From positions 96,001-160,000 of the forward strand of contig OY969554.1 of NCBI GenBank assembly GCA_963700985.1: a stretch of 64,000 nt of DNA, written 5' to 3'. Positions 1 to 8,908 of the stretch are shown piece after piece (the first letter of the stretch is position 1; each line of letters starts with the position of its first letter). The position numbers were made by a program, and so were the translations under genes. This stretch comes from an uncultured Chlamydiales bacterium (GTDB lineage: Bacteria > Chlamydiota > Chlamydiia > Chlamydiales > Rhabdochlamydiaceae). The notes under the pieces were generated by a model, which saw only the letters and a list, made by a program, of their open reading frames with translations, did no database searches and had not been told where the DNA came from.

Positions 1-1293
1 ACGGCCATCGAGTATATTCAGAATTTCCGCTTTGACGAGAGCGATCTGGCCTATTTAGAAAGTCTGAAAGGCAAAGGCAGCGAACCTCTTTTTGAAAAGG
101 GCTTTCTCGATTATTTGAAGAACTTTTCCTTCACCTGTGATCTCGATGCGATGCCTGAGGGGACGCCGGTTTTTCCTTATGAGCCTATGCTACGTGTGCA
201 GGGGCCGATCATTCAAGCGCAGCTTTTAGAAAGCGCGCTGCTCAACATCATCAACTTTCAGTCGCTGATTGCTACCAAGGCGGCGCGCATTTGCTGGGCG
301 GCACGGCCAGATCCCGTGGTTGAGTTTGGCTTGCGCCGGGCTCAAGGCATCGATGGAGCGCTTTCGGCAAGTCGTGCGGCGTTTATTGGAGGATGCGAAT
401 CTACCTCGAGTGTGCTGGCTGGCAAGCTCTATGATATTCCCGTACGCGGCACGCACGCGCATAGCTGGGTAATGGCATTTGAAGATGAAGAAGAGTCTTT
501 TAAAGCTTTTGCTCATGCACTTCCGCATAGCTGTGTGTTTCTCGTCGATACTTATGACAGCCTGAAGGGCGCAAAAAATGCGATCAAAGTTGCCAAGAAG
601 TTGGGCAAAAGCATGGATATGCTTGGGGTGCGCCTCGATTCGGGCGATCTTACACATCTCAGTATTCAGATTCGCAAGCTGCTGGATGATGCGGGCTTTG
701 TAAATGCAAAAATCATGGCGAGTAATGAGCTAGATGAGCATCTAATCAGCGATCTTAAGCATCAAGGTGCGAAGATCTCTATCTGGGGTGTGGGCACAAA
801 TTTAGTCACTGGAAAAGATCAGCCCGCATTAGACGGCGTCTATAAGCTTTCTGCGCTTCAAGATCAAAATGGCAATTGGCAATATAAGGTTAAGATCTCA
901 GAGCAGATCGCAAAGGTGACTGATCCAGGCATCTTGCAAGTGCGTCGTTATTTTGATGCGCAAGGATATTTAGCTGATATGCTTTATGATTTGCCCACTT
1001 TGCCAAATGATCCGCACATTCTGATTGATCCAACAGATCCAACGCATACAAAGAAGATGCTGCCTGGCGCGCAATTTAAAGATCTTCTCGTGCCGATCTT
1101 GCGCGGGGGCAAGTGCATTTATAATTTTCCCACTTTGAAAGAGACGCAGCGTTATGCGCACGCGGAATTGGATCGCTTGCATCCAGCTATGCGTCGCTTT
1201 TTGAATCCGCAACCCTATTTTGTGGGAATGGAAAAATCCTTGTATAATTTGAAAGTCCGCATGATTGAAGAGATTAAGGAGCGCCGCACTTGA
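1..1293 (+). CDS. pncB: Nicotinate phosphoribosyltransferase (5' end outside window)
   Basis: Frame is open from base 1 (TAIEYIQNFRF...). Motifs EFGLRRAQG, GTHAHSWV (phospho-His), LVDTYD, GVRLDSGD and GVGTNLVT. Overlaps pncA by 4 bp. Confidence 0.95.
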   Translation, partial: TAIEYIQNFRFDESDLAYLESLKGKGSEPLFEKGFLDYLKNFSFTCDLDAMPEGTPVFPYEPMLRVQGPIIQAQLLESALLNIINFQSLIATKAARICWAARPDPVVEFGLRRAQGIDGALSASRAAFIGGCESTSSVLAGKLYDIPVRGTHAHSWVMAFEDEEESFKAFAHALPHSCVFLVDTYDSLKGAKNAIKVAKKLGKSMDMLGVRLDSGDLTHLSIQIRKLLDDAGFVNAKIMASNELDEHLISDLKHQGAKISIWGVGTNLVTGKDQPALDGVYKLSALQDQNGNWQYKVKISEQIAKVTDPGILQVRRYFDAQGYLADMLYDLPTLPNDPHILIDPTDPTHTKKMLPGAQFKDLLVPILRGGKCIYNFPTLKETQRYAHAELDRLHPAMRRFLNPQPYFVGMEKSLYNLKVRMIEEIKERRT

Positions 1294-1904
1294 AAACTTT
1301 ACTGCTTGTCGATTTGCAAAATGATTTCATGCCAGGTGGTCCGCTCGGCGTGCCAGAAGCTGATAAGATCATTCCGCTGATCAACAATGTCTTGCCTAAG
1401 TTTTCGCTCGTCGTGGCGACTCAAGATTGGCACCCCGCTGATCACGCGAGTTTTGCATCAAATCATCCGGGTAAGAAGCCCGGTGATCTTGTTGAGGTGC
1501 AAGGAATCGAGCAGATTCTCTGGCCGACACATTGCGTGCGCAGCACTAAAGGGGCTGAACTCGTGGCTGGTTTACGCAAAGAGATGATTGCAAATATTTT
1601 TTACAAAGGCACAGACAAGTCAATCGATAGTTATAGCGCATTTTTTGACAATGCGCGCCGTAAGTCCACAGGGCTTTTTGACTATCTAAAATCCAACGGT
1701 GTTAAAGAGATTTATATCTGCGGGGTGGCCACAGATTACTGTGTGCTCTACACCACCATCGATGCACTCGACCTAGGACTTTCCGTGTTTGTGATCTCAG
1801 ATGCTTGCCGCGGGATCGATCTTTATCCAGGCGATTGTGAGTCTGCCTTTGCCAGCATGGTCCAAAAAGGCGCCAAGCTCATCCCTTCCACCGCCCTTAT
1901 CTAA
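1290..1904 (+). CDS. pncA: Nicotinamidase/pyrazinamidase
   Basis: VDLQNDF, QDWHP, WPTHCV, KG...DSYSAF and GVATDYCV isochorismatase-family motifs. TTG start overlaps the pncB stop. Confidence 0.95.
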   Translation: MKTLLLVDLQNDFMPGGPLGVPEADKIIPLINNVLPKFSLVVATQDWHPADHASFASNHPGKKPGDLVEVQGIEQILWPTHCVRSTKGAELVAGLRKEMIANIFYKGTDKSIDSYSAFFDNARRKSTGLFDYLKSNGVKEIYICGVATDYCVLYTTIDALDLGLSVFVISDACRGIDLYPGDCESAFASMVQKGAKLIPSTALI

Positions 1905-2030
1905 AGACAAACGAGCTTTTTGGCATTTTTTTTCGCCCAGACTCTTTTAATCCTTTCATTTTTTTTCGCATCTATTTTCAATATATAGCATAAAACAAGA
2001 ACAGATCTCTTTTAGGGGGAATCAAAGGAC

Positions 2031-3263
2031 GTGAGTCAAGCGAGTCAGGGCGAAATTTCAGTCAAAAGGCAGGGGATTTCTCAAGTTATCTCTGGCACCT
2101 TGATGATCGCGGGTACCGCCATCGGTGCTGGGATGCTTGGAATTCCTCTGCTCACAGCTCAAGCTGGCTTCTGGCCCTCTCTTGTCATCACAGGCATCGT
2201 ATGGCTTTTCATGCTCTGCACCGGCCTACTCTTTTTAGAAGTTACTTTATGGATGCCGGCAGGCTCTAATATCCTTTCCATGGCCCAGCGCTTTCTCGGC
2301 ACGAAGGGAAAATTCGCCGCCGGCGGGATGTTCATCTTCCTCTACTACTGTTTAATGATAGCCTATTTCGCGGCTGGCGCCCCGCTAGTCAGTGGCTTTA
2401 TCAACGCCACTTTTGGCCTGCACCTCAGTGGAATAACGAGCTACGCATTTTTCGGTCTGGTCTTTGGGGCCATCGTCGCACTTGGCGCCAAAGCTATCGA
2501 TCGCGTCAATATATTCCTTACCATCGCCATGGTCGTCGACTACTTCATCATGGTGGTGATGGGCTGCTCAGAAGTGGATATGGGTAATTTCCAGTTTAGC
2601 AAGTGGTCGGCAGTTGCCTTCTCCATCCCCGTTCTTTTCAGTGCCTTTGGCTATCACAACATCATCCCATCTCTGTGCAACTATTTGAACCGCGAACGCA
2701 AGACGCTAAAGCTCTCGATCGTTTTAGGTACCTCGGTGCCTTTCTTGATCTACGTGGCATGGCAGTGGCTGATTATCGGCGCTGTCCCACAAGGGGCGAT
2801 TGAGCAAGCGCATATGGAGGGCCAGCCTGCCACGCAAGCGCTGAACGCTCTTGCGGGCGGCTCATCGATCTATCTCGTCGGTCAATACTTCGCCTTTTTC
2901 GCCATCATTACGTCGATGCTGGGGGTGGCTTTCTCGTTGGTAGATTTTCTTGGAGATGGATTGAAGATCGACAGCCAGAAGAAACCGCACCGTTACTTCT
3001 TAGTCTTCCTCACCTTTTTCCCACCTTTTCTGTGTGTGCTCTTTGATCCGACCGTCTTCGATCGCGCGTTAGGCATTGCTGGGGGATTTGGTGAAGCTTT
3101 CTTGAACGGACTTCTGCCAGTCACACTCGTATGGCTCGGACGCTATGCAATGAAGCTGCCTTCAGATTACGCGTTGCCAGGTGGCAAGCTCACGCTCGTC
3201 TTGCTTCTCTTGGTCTCTCTTTTTGTGGTTGGACTTGAGCTTTTCTGGGTATTCTTCCATTAG
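2031..3263 (+). CDS. tyrP: Aromatic amino acid permease (TyrP/Mtr family)
   Basis: N-terminal GTAIGAGMLGIP and FGYHNIIPSL motifs; many hydrophobic helices. Confidence 0.85.
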   Translation: MSQASQGEISVKRQGISQVISGTLMIAGTAIGAGMLGIPLLTAQAGFWPSLVITGIVWLFMLCTGLLFLEVTLWMPAGSNILSMAQRFLGTKGKFAAGGMFIFLYYCLMIAYFAAGAPLVSGFINATFGLHLSGITSYAFFGLVFGAIVALGAKAIDRVNIFLTIAMVVDYFIMVVMGCSEVDMGNFQFSKWSAVAFSIPVLFSAFGYHNIIPSLCNYLNRERKTLKLSIVLGTSVPFLIYVAWQWLIIGAVPQGAIEQAHMEGQPATQALNALAGGSSIYLVGQYFAFFAIITSMLGVAFSLVDFLGDGLKIDSQKKPHRYFLVFLTFFPPFLCVLFDPTVFDRALGIAGGFGEAFLNGLLPVTLVWLGRYAMKLPSDYALPGGKLTLVLLLLVSLFVVGLELFWVFFH

Positions 3264-3412
3264 ACCTCTTGCGTAATTCCATTTGCCCGCTAAAACCACC
3301 CTTTTTCCTCTGGTTTTTATCGCATCTCCTCATCGACCCAATTTGGGGTCGCCTCGTCAATGCGATTGGGATCAGTTCAGCCGCGATCGGGCTCTCCTTC
3401 AGTACACCGCTC

Positions 3413-4372
3413 TCAAGTTTCTGTGGAAGGGAAATCAACGCCAGAGACCTTGACGACGGCCTGCCACGCGGCTTCCTGGTTGGCGCGATCGTGAAAGTGT
3501 GGGTGACGCATTGCCTCAATTGGGCCTGTGAGCTTCTTCGGCGCCGAGGCGAAGAATTGGCCCGAGACGTCGGTTCCGAATGCCGATGCCTGGAGGTATC
3601 GACGAGCCGCGGTCTCCGGTGTCTGGGACATGCCGGGAATGAGCTTCACCAATGGAATCATCAGCCACTTCATGACCAGGCTAACGTTTCGCACCGCCTT
3701 GGTGTCGGGCGCGCTGCCGGGTGAGACGGCGTACACGGCCATGCCGTAAGGTAGCCGGCGCGCCAACGCCGCCGCCCACCAAGCAATGATGAGCTTCGCG
3801 TCGGCATACGCTCGGTTGGGCTCGTACTTCACGTTCGGCCCACTGCGCACCAGGGCTTCAATAGCGGCGGTTCGGTCACCCTGGTGGTATTTAGCCGCAA
3901 AAGACGCCACGTCGGTGTAGCTGAACATAGGGACGTCTCCACGGGCGGGTTCAGCGCCGGCGATAACAATCCGCGCATTGGGGCTCAATAAGTTGGCGCG
4001 GAGCAATCCGACAGTCAGTTGATGATGGCCGATGAGCGGGGCCTGAGCCTCCTCAATACCCGCCGCAGTGAGGACGCGCTTCTTACCTCCCACCATCCCT
4101 GCATTGAGCAGCAGGAAATCGATCGGCCGACCCCACTTGACCAGCTCAGCGAGGGCGGACTGGACGCTGGTCGGTGTGTTCAGATCCAGCTCCAGCGGCG
4201 TGAAGACCTGGGTCTTAGTTTCAGCCGCGAGCTGAGCGGCTGTTTCCTGGACCCGGGCCAAGCTGCGGCCGGTGACGATGACCTGGCAGCAGCCCTCGGC
4301 GGCGAGCATGCTGGCTGCCGCATAACCAAGCCCAGAGGTGGTGCCGGTAACGAGTGCGATCGAATGTTTCAT
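3413..4372 (-). CDS. Short-chain dehydrogenase/reductase
   Basis: LVTGTTSGLG, LNAG and YADAK (YxxxK). Start moved to ATG 4372, which follows an AAGGAG SD. GC-rich relative to flanks. Confidence 0.88.
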   Translation of the reverse strand: MKHSIALVTGTTSGLGYAAASMLAAEGCCQVIVTGRSLARVQETAAQLAAETKTQVFTPLELDLNTPTSVQSALAELVKWGRPIDFLLLNAGMVGGKKRVLTAAGIEEAQAPLIGHHQLTVGLLRANLLSPNARIVIAGAEPARGDVPMFSYTDVASFAAKYHQGDRTAAIEALVRSGPNVKYEPNRAYADAKLIIAWWAAALARRLPYGMAVYAVSPGSAPDTKAVRNVSLVMKWLMIPLVKLIPGMSQTPETAARRYLQASAFGTDVSGQFFASAPKKLTGPIEAMRHPHFHDRANQEAAWQAVVKVSGVDFPSTET

Positions 4373-4488
4373 GGGCGTCTCCTTAGTGAAGGCTGAAGGC
4401 CGAGTCGTGAGGCCCCACGAGGCCAAAGCCGGCTTGTTAATTTCGAACAATTCAGTTATATATTTGGTCGATGAAAATTTTCAAGGAG

Positions 4489-4510
4489 TTTTGAACTAAA
4501 TGTTTCAAAA
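4489..4510. promoter_or_regulatory. Putative TetR operator, TTTTGAA-N8-TTCAAAA
   Basis: Inverted repeat overlapping the TetR start codon at the end of the divergent SDR/TetR intergenic region. Confidence 0.45.
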
Positions 4511-5132
4511 TGCCGATAGGCCGCGTGGACGGCCGCGCAGCTTTGATGAGAGGGACGCGCTGGAAAAGGCGACCCAGGTATTCTGGTCGAAAGGCTACGA
4601 CGGAGTGACGATCGACGATCTCGTCGCCGGGATGGGCGTGGGACGGCCGAGCCTGTATTCCATCTTCGGCGACAAACGGACGTTATTCTTGCGCGTCCTC
4701 AAGGATTATGAGGAGAAGAAAGGCGCTCTCGCCGCGAAGGCGCTGCTGTCGCCGCAGACGCTTCGCAACTCGCTCGCCCGCTTCCTGAGATACGCCGTCA
4801 AAAGTGCGACCGAGGAAGGGTCTGCCCCGGGATGTCTCGTATTATGCATCGCGCCGCTTGTGGACGACGCTGAGGTCCGGAAATTCCTGCAGAACACCGC
4901 CGCTGCCGCCGTGACGATGGTGGAAGGTCGTTTCCGGGATGGGGTCACCGCTGGAGAAATCCCGTCCGACTTTCCTGTGGCCGTTCGCGCAAGCCAGCTG
5001 ATTGATGTTGCTCGCGGCCTTACCATGCGTGCGCGGATAGGCACGCCGCGCAAGACGCTTCTCAAAGATGCCGAGGAAGCGGCCGACTTGGTGCTCTTGT
5101 CGCGACGTGGAAATGCGGCGCCAGAACGTTGA
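4500..5132 (+). CDS. TetR/AcrR family transcriptional regulator
   Basis: RGRPRSFD...FWSKGYDGVTIDDLVAGMGVGRPSLYSIFGDKRTLF helix-turn-helix; divergent from the SDR. Confidence 0.95.
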   Translation: MFQNADRPRGRPRSFDERDALEKATQVFWSKGYDGVTIDDLVAGMGVGRPSLYSIFGDKRTLFLRVLKDYEEKKGALAAKALLSPQTLRNSLARFLRYAVKSATEEGSAPGCLVLCIAPLVDDAEVRKFLQNTAAAAVTMVEGRFRDGVTAGEIPSDFPVAVRASQLIDVARGLTMRARIGTPRKTLLKDAEEAADLVLLSRRGNAAPER

Positions 5133-5328
5133 TGCCGGATGCGTGAAGGTTGCAGCGTAGAACGCAGGAACACCGTGTGGGCAGAATGCGTTCCTGGAAT
5201 CGGTTTTTTTTGAGTTCCGGAATTAATTGCATCAGCTTTACTCTTTTTGTGAGAAGGACTTGTGCTTGGCGGAGTTAAATAATCTAATCCTAAAGAGAGT
5301 GGAGAGCTTACTACGCTTTTGGTGGTCA

Positions 5329-6225
5329 TTAAAGCGAGGCTTCTTCGTTGATAGAGCTGCAATCTTTGTAGGTAATGCTGAGATTAGGCATCTTTTCTAG
5401 AAGTTTTGTTCCAACCTTAGAGCCAACTTGGCAGTTAGTAAAGCTCAAGTGTTTTAAATTTGTATCAGATGGCAAAGAGTCGAGATAGCGCATTTGTAGT
5501 GGGGCTTTTTTGCCCTCTGCAAAGTTAATACCTATCTGGCAAACTTCCAAAGAGCTCAGGAAAGGCAGTTCGATTAAAAGCCCGCAAATATCTAATTTTG
5601 CGCCGACAGCACCTTCGATAACTAGCGAATCTAGGGCCGGATAATTTTCCGCGATTTCATGTGCATGGGTACGATCTAAAACGCCTATTACAACAAATCT
5701 CAGCTTAGTGACATCTTCCGAAGCGATGCGTGGGAAGCAGAAATTACCGTTACGAAAGCGATGAGCAGGCGGAAAGGGGAGCGCGAGCTCACGAATTTTC
5801 AGCGTCTTTGCAAGGAGTGCATCGGAGAGCATCTCCAAACAAGTAATCGGCAATTTGCCCAATGACACATATTTTAAATTTAAAATGGGCAGACAGGCCA
5901 TGACATTTAGTGCAATTGTGCGATCTTTAACTGGATGAAGCTCGCGATCAAAATAAAAAGTGCTCAAAAATGGATAGATCAAACGACAGCCACGCAAATA
6001 GGCTGCGACAATATCCTTAGAGCTTAGATTGTCTTTTCCTAAGCGCATGATGAGCTCCGAGCAGGTTAAACTGCTTCTTGCATCATTCCAGGCATTACAT
6101 ACTTGTGCAGCTTGGCCAGCCTCTTCTCCTGGAGTTAAAAAGGAGCTGATGAGAGCAGTTATACCATCTATTTGGAGAGGATGTTCAGCTGCGGAGGAGG
6201 TCCATGTGATTGCAGTATTAGTCAT
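5329..6225 (-). CDS. F-box-like / LRR-like hypothetical protein (candidate effector)
   Basis: N-terminal ISSFL...AQVCNAW F-box-like pattern and LxxLxL repeats. Paralogous to 11202..12359. Confidence 0.6.
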   Translation of the reverse strand: MTNTAITWTSSAAEHPLQIDGITALISSFLTPGEEAGQAAQVCNAWNDARSSLTCSELIMRLGKDNLSSKDIVAAYLRGCRLIYPFLSTFYFDRELHPVKDRTIALNVMACLPILNLKYVSLGKLPITCLEMLSDALLAKTLKIRELALPFPPAHRFRNGNFCFPRIASEDVTKLRFVVIGVLDRTHAHEIAENYPALDSLVIEGAVGAKLDICGLLIELPFLSSLEVCQIGINFAEGKKAPLQMRYLDSLPSDTNLKHLSFTNCQVGSKVGTKLLEKMPNLSITYKDCSSINEEASL

Positions 6226-6509
6226 AAAATTTCCACTTTAGACATTAAATATTAGAATACAGTGTAGTTTTAGTCAACTAAAGTATTTAAAAATGCGGAA
6301 TCTTTTTTGACTAAAATTAATTGTGATAATAAATAAAGAATTGATTGATAAGAAAGAGACTAGAGATGAAGGAGGTTCTCATAGAAGTAAATGCTCGTGC
6401 AAGAAAGGGTAGAAGTATATTTTGTCTGGCATAAAAAATTTTAATACAAAAAAAAAACGGCTATGGCATACGGTGAGTTTGTAGAGTATTTTTTTAAACA
6501 GGAGGGTAT

Positions 6510-6788
6510 GTGAAAAAAAATGTACTGAAGTTGGCGTTGACTGGATTGGCACTTGGCGCTATGGCCTGCGGTTGCAGTAAATCAAACGACAAAGGTTCAT
6601 CTTGCAATGGCAAGACAGACTGCAATGGAAAGCAAAAGCAGAAGCAAGAGAGTGGTTGTTCGAGTAAGCCTGGTTGCAAAGGAAAGAGTGGTTGCACGGG
6701 CAAAACTGATTGTAATGGTTCTTCTGGTTGCAAAGGAACAAATGGTTGCACAGGTAGAACAGATTGCACTGGCAAAAGCGGTAAATAG
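6510..6788 (+). CDS. Cys-rich repeat RiPP precursor with signal peptide (probable MNIO substrate)
   Basis: AGGAGG SD then GTG. Basic/hydrophobic leader ending in ACGC. Cys at 32, 38, 50, 56, 62, 68, 74, 80 and 86. Directly upstream of DUF692. Confidence 0.85.
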   Translation: MKKNVLKLALTGLALGAMACGCSKSNDKGSSCNGKTDCNGKQKQKQESGCSSKPGCKGKSGCTGKTDCNGSSGCKGTNGCTGRTDCTGKSGK

Positions 6789-6804
6789 TCGTTTCGACTA
6801 GCGG

Positions 6805-7638
6805 ATGGCCATGATAAAAAAAGCACCTAATTTAGGAATAGGAATCGGGCTTAGGCCTGTTCATTTCCAGGAGATTTTTGACTCATGGCCTCCGATTGAT
6901 TGGTTCGAAATTATCAGTGAAAATTTCATGGCTGGCGGAATGCCTCTCAGAAATTTAGAAAAGATTTTAGAGCGTTATCCAGTTGTAATGCACGGAGTAA
7001 CTCTCGCCATCGGTAGTGCCGCCCCTTTGGACTGGGAATACCTTAAAAAACTAAAAGAACTTGCCATAAAAACAAAAACCCCATGGCTTTCGGATCACCT
7101 TTGCTGGGGTCAATTGCCTGGGATGCGCTTTCACGACCTTCTTCCACTACCTCGCACAAAAGAAGTGGCCAATTATGTCGCAGAGAGAGCTCGAATTATC
7201 CAAGATTATTTGGAGATCCCATTTGCACTCGAAAATCTCTCTTCTTATGCTAATTTCAAAGATGATGAAATGACCGAATGGGAATTTTATGCAGAGGTTG
7301 TGGAAAAAGCAGACATTTCGATGATGCTCGACGTGAATAATATTTATGTTTCTTCTCGCAATGAAGGTTTTGATCCGAAGGAATATTATTCTAATCTACC
7401 CTTGAACCGAGTCATTCAGATCCATCTCGCTGGACATGCGGATCATGGGAGATATATCATCGATACGCATGACCATCCCGTCTGCGATGCAGTATGGGAA
7501 ATATATCGACAAGTTTATCAGCGAACGGAAGGTGTTTCAACTCTTCTAGAATGGGATGATCGATTTATTCCATTTGAAGAAACTTGGAAAGAGGCACTGA
7601 AGGCAAAAGAGTTCCAGAAAGAAATTATCCATGCATAA
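6805..7638 (+). CDS. DUF692 family multinuclear non-heme iron oxidative enzyme (MNIO)
   Basis: GIGLRPVH, EIISENF, HGV, SDHLCW, DLLPLP, LENLS, LDVNNIY, IHLAGH, IDTH and LLEWD metal-ligand motifs. Confidence 0.95.
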   Translation: MAMIKKAPNLGIGIGLRPVHFQEIFDSWPPIDWFEIISENFMAGGMPLRNLEKILERYPVVMHGVTLAIGSAAPLDWEYLKKLKELAIKTKTPWLSDHLCWGQLPGMRFHDLLPLPRTKEVANYVAERARIIQDYLEIPFALENLSSYANFKDDEMTEWEFYAEVVEKADISMMLDVNNIYVSSRNEGFDPKEYYSNLPLNRVIQIHLAGHADHGRYIIDTHDHPVCDAVWEIYRQVYQRTEGVSTLLEWDDRFIPFEETWKEALKAKEFQKEIIHA

Positions 7639-8494
7639 AATCCCTTCATCTCTTGAGACGCTGCAACACTGGTTTGCTAGCTTAATCACCTCTCCTATTT
7701 TACAAAGCGATGCAGATCAAATTCCTCTTTTCTCCTCAGATCTGATTGAGGAGATTCGTCAGAAGGTCGCATTCAGTCACACGATGAGAAGTGAAGAGAG
7801 GATGGGCATTTATCAACAGCAATACTGGTGGCGTCTCATCAGTGTGATACAAGATTTGTTTCCCAGTCTTGTCGCACTTTTAGATTATGAAGAGTTTAAT
7901 CGCCTAATTGCCGAACCCTACTTGGCAAGCCATATTCCACATGATTGGTTCATCTCTAACATTGGGGCTGATCTTCCAGGATGGCTCAAGACAGTCCATA
8001 AGGACGTATCATTCAGCGCACTTGCAGAAGTCGATCTAGCTTTTGAGCAATTGATTTTTACTGAGATCTTGCCCAACATCGATCTTTCTAAGTGTGAAAA
8101 TGAAACCCTCTACTTACAGCCTTTCGTACTGCTTTTTGAATTGGATGCTGATTTATTTACTTTTAGAAAACAGCTTCTCCAAAAAGAAAAGCCTTCTGTA
8201 GCAAAGTTGGAAAAATGGAGAAAAAAAAAGCATCAAGTTCTCTATCGTTTGCACGAGCAAAATTATTATGAGGAAATTCACCCTCTCTTTTTTGAACTGC
8301 TACTTCGATTGCAAAAAGGTGCCAAATTAAGTGAGCTGATCTCTTTGCTCGAGAAATTCGATGATATATCTTCTATATTTCAAATGATGGCTTCCAGAGG
8401 CTGGCTTACTCTTTCTTGTCCCAAAGCCAGTGATCGATCGAAGCAGATCCTGGTCCAAACACAAAGACGATCAAGGAAGCAAACAGGAAGCTGA
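7631..8494 (+). CDS. DUF2063-like MNIO partner protein
   Basis: LQHWFA...RMGIYQQQYWWRL...FPSL...LAEVDLA pattern. Overlaps the DUF692 stop by 8 bp, in the usual operon position. Confidence 0.8.
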   Translation: MHKIPSSLETLQHWFASLITSPILQSDADQIPLFSSDLIEEIRQKVAFSHTMRSEERMGIYQQQYWWRLISVIQDLFPSLVALLDYEEFNRLIAEPYLASHIPHDWFISNIGADLPGWLKTVHKDVSFSALAEVDLAFEQLIFTEILPNIDLSKCENETLYLQPFVLLFELDADLFTFRKQLLQKEKPSVAKLEKWRKKKHQVLYRLHEQNYYEEIHPLFFELLLRLQKGAKLSELISLLEKFDDISSIFQMMASRGWLTLSCPKASDRSKQILVQTQRRSRKQTGS

Positions 8495-8858
8495 AAGGAT
8501 CGGTATGAATGAAGCGTTGAGGATCGGATAGAATTTGTCTGAGAGCCTCTTGCTCAGAGGTGAGGATAGCAACGATCATTGTAAAGATCAAAGGGATGGT
8601 GATCAGTCTAGAAGCTAAACCCAGCAGTAGGCATGTGCCACACACTGTTTCGATAAGTGCAGTAAGCGTTGCAGAAAAAAATGGAAAAGGAATTCCTAGC
8701 GATTGAAAAAAGACAGTAACGTTCGACAAATGCCCAAGTTTTCCCAGACCAGTGATTAAAAAAGCCCCTCCCCAAAAGAGACGAATGGCTAATAAAAGAG
8801 GCGATTTTAGAGAATTCCCGAGTGAAGTTAACGCAGTGTAAAATTTATTCAAGTACAT
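8406..8858 (-). CDS. DoxX family membrane protein
   Basis: LAIRL..G..F...GLGKL, FQSLGIPFP, E..CG..LLLGL.SR and GPGSASID. Confidence 0.92.
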   Translation of the reverse strand: MYLNKFYTALTSLGNSLKSPLLLAIRLFWGGAFLITGLGKLGHLSNVTVFFQSLGIPFPFFSATLTALIETVCGTCLLLGLASRLITIPLIFTMIVAILTSEQEALRQILSDPQRFIHTDPFSFLFASLIVFVFGPGSASIDHWLWDKKE

Positions 8859-8908
8859 ATTTTTTTACATATCACAGCTTCTTTTATTTTCACAATAGCA
8901 TTTTTCAA

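Noticed and set aside
3190-5362. Several long overlapping or antisense ORFs (3269..3724, 4019..4396, 4706..5362)
   Set aside because: Expected shadow ORFs in GC-rich DNA opposite the SDR and TetR genes.
6420-6485. Two TGGCATA copies upstream of the precursor as a possible sigma54 promoter
   Set aside because: Neither has TTGC at the -12 position, so it is unsupported.
6494-6826. Antisense ORF with Gln/Pro/Leu repeats (LPVQP...)
   Set aside because: Mirror image of the Cys-repeat precursor. The plus-strand ORF has the SD, signal peptide and operon context.
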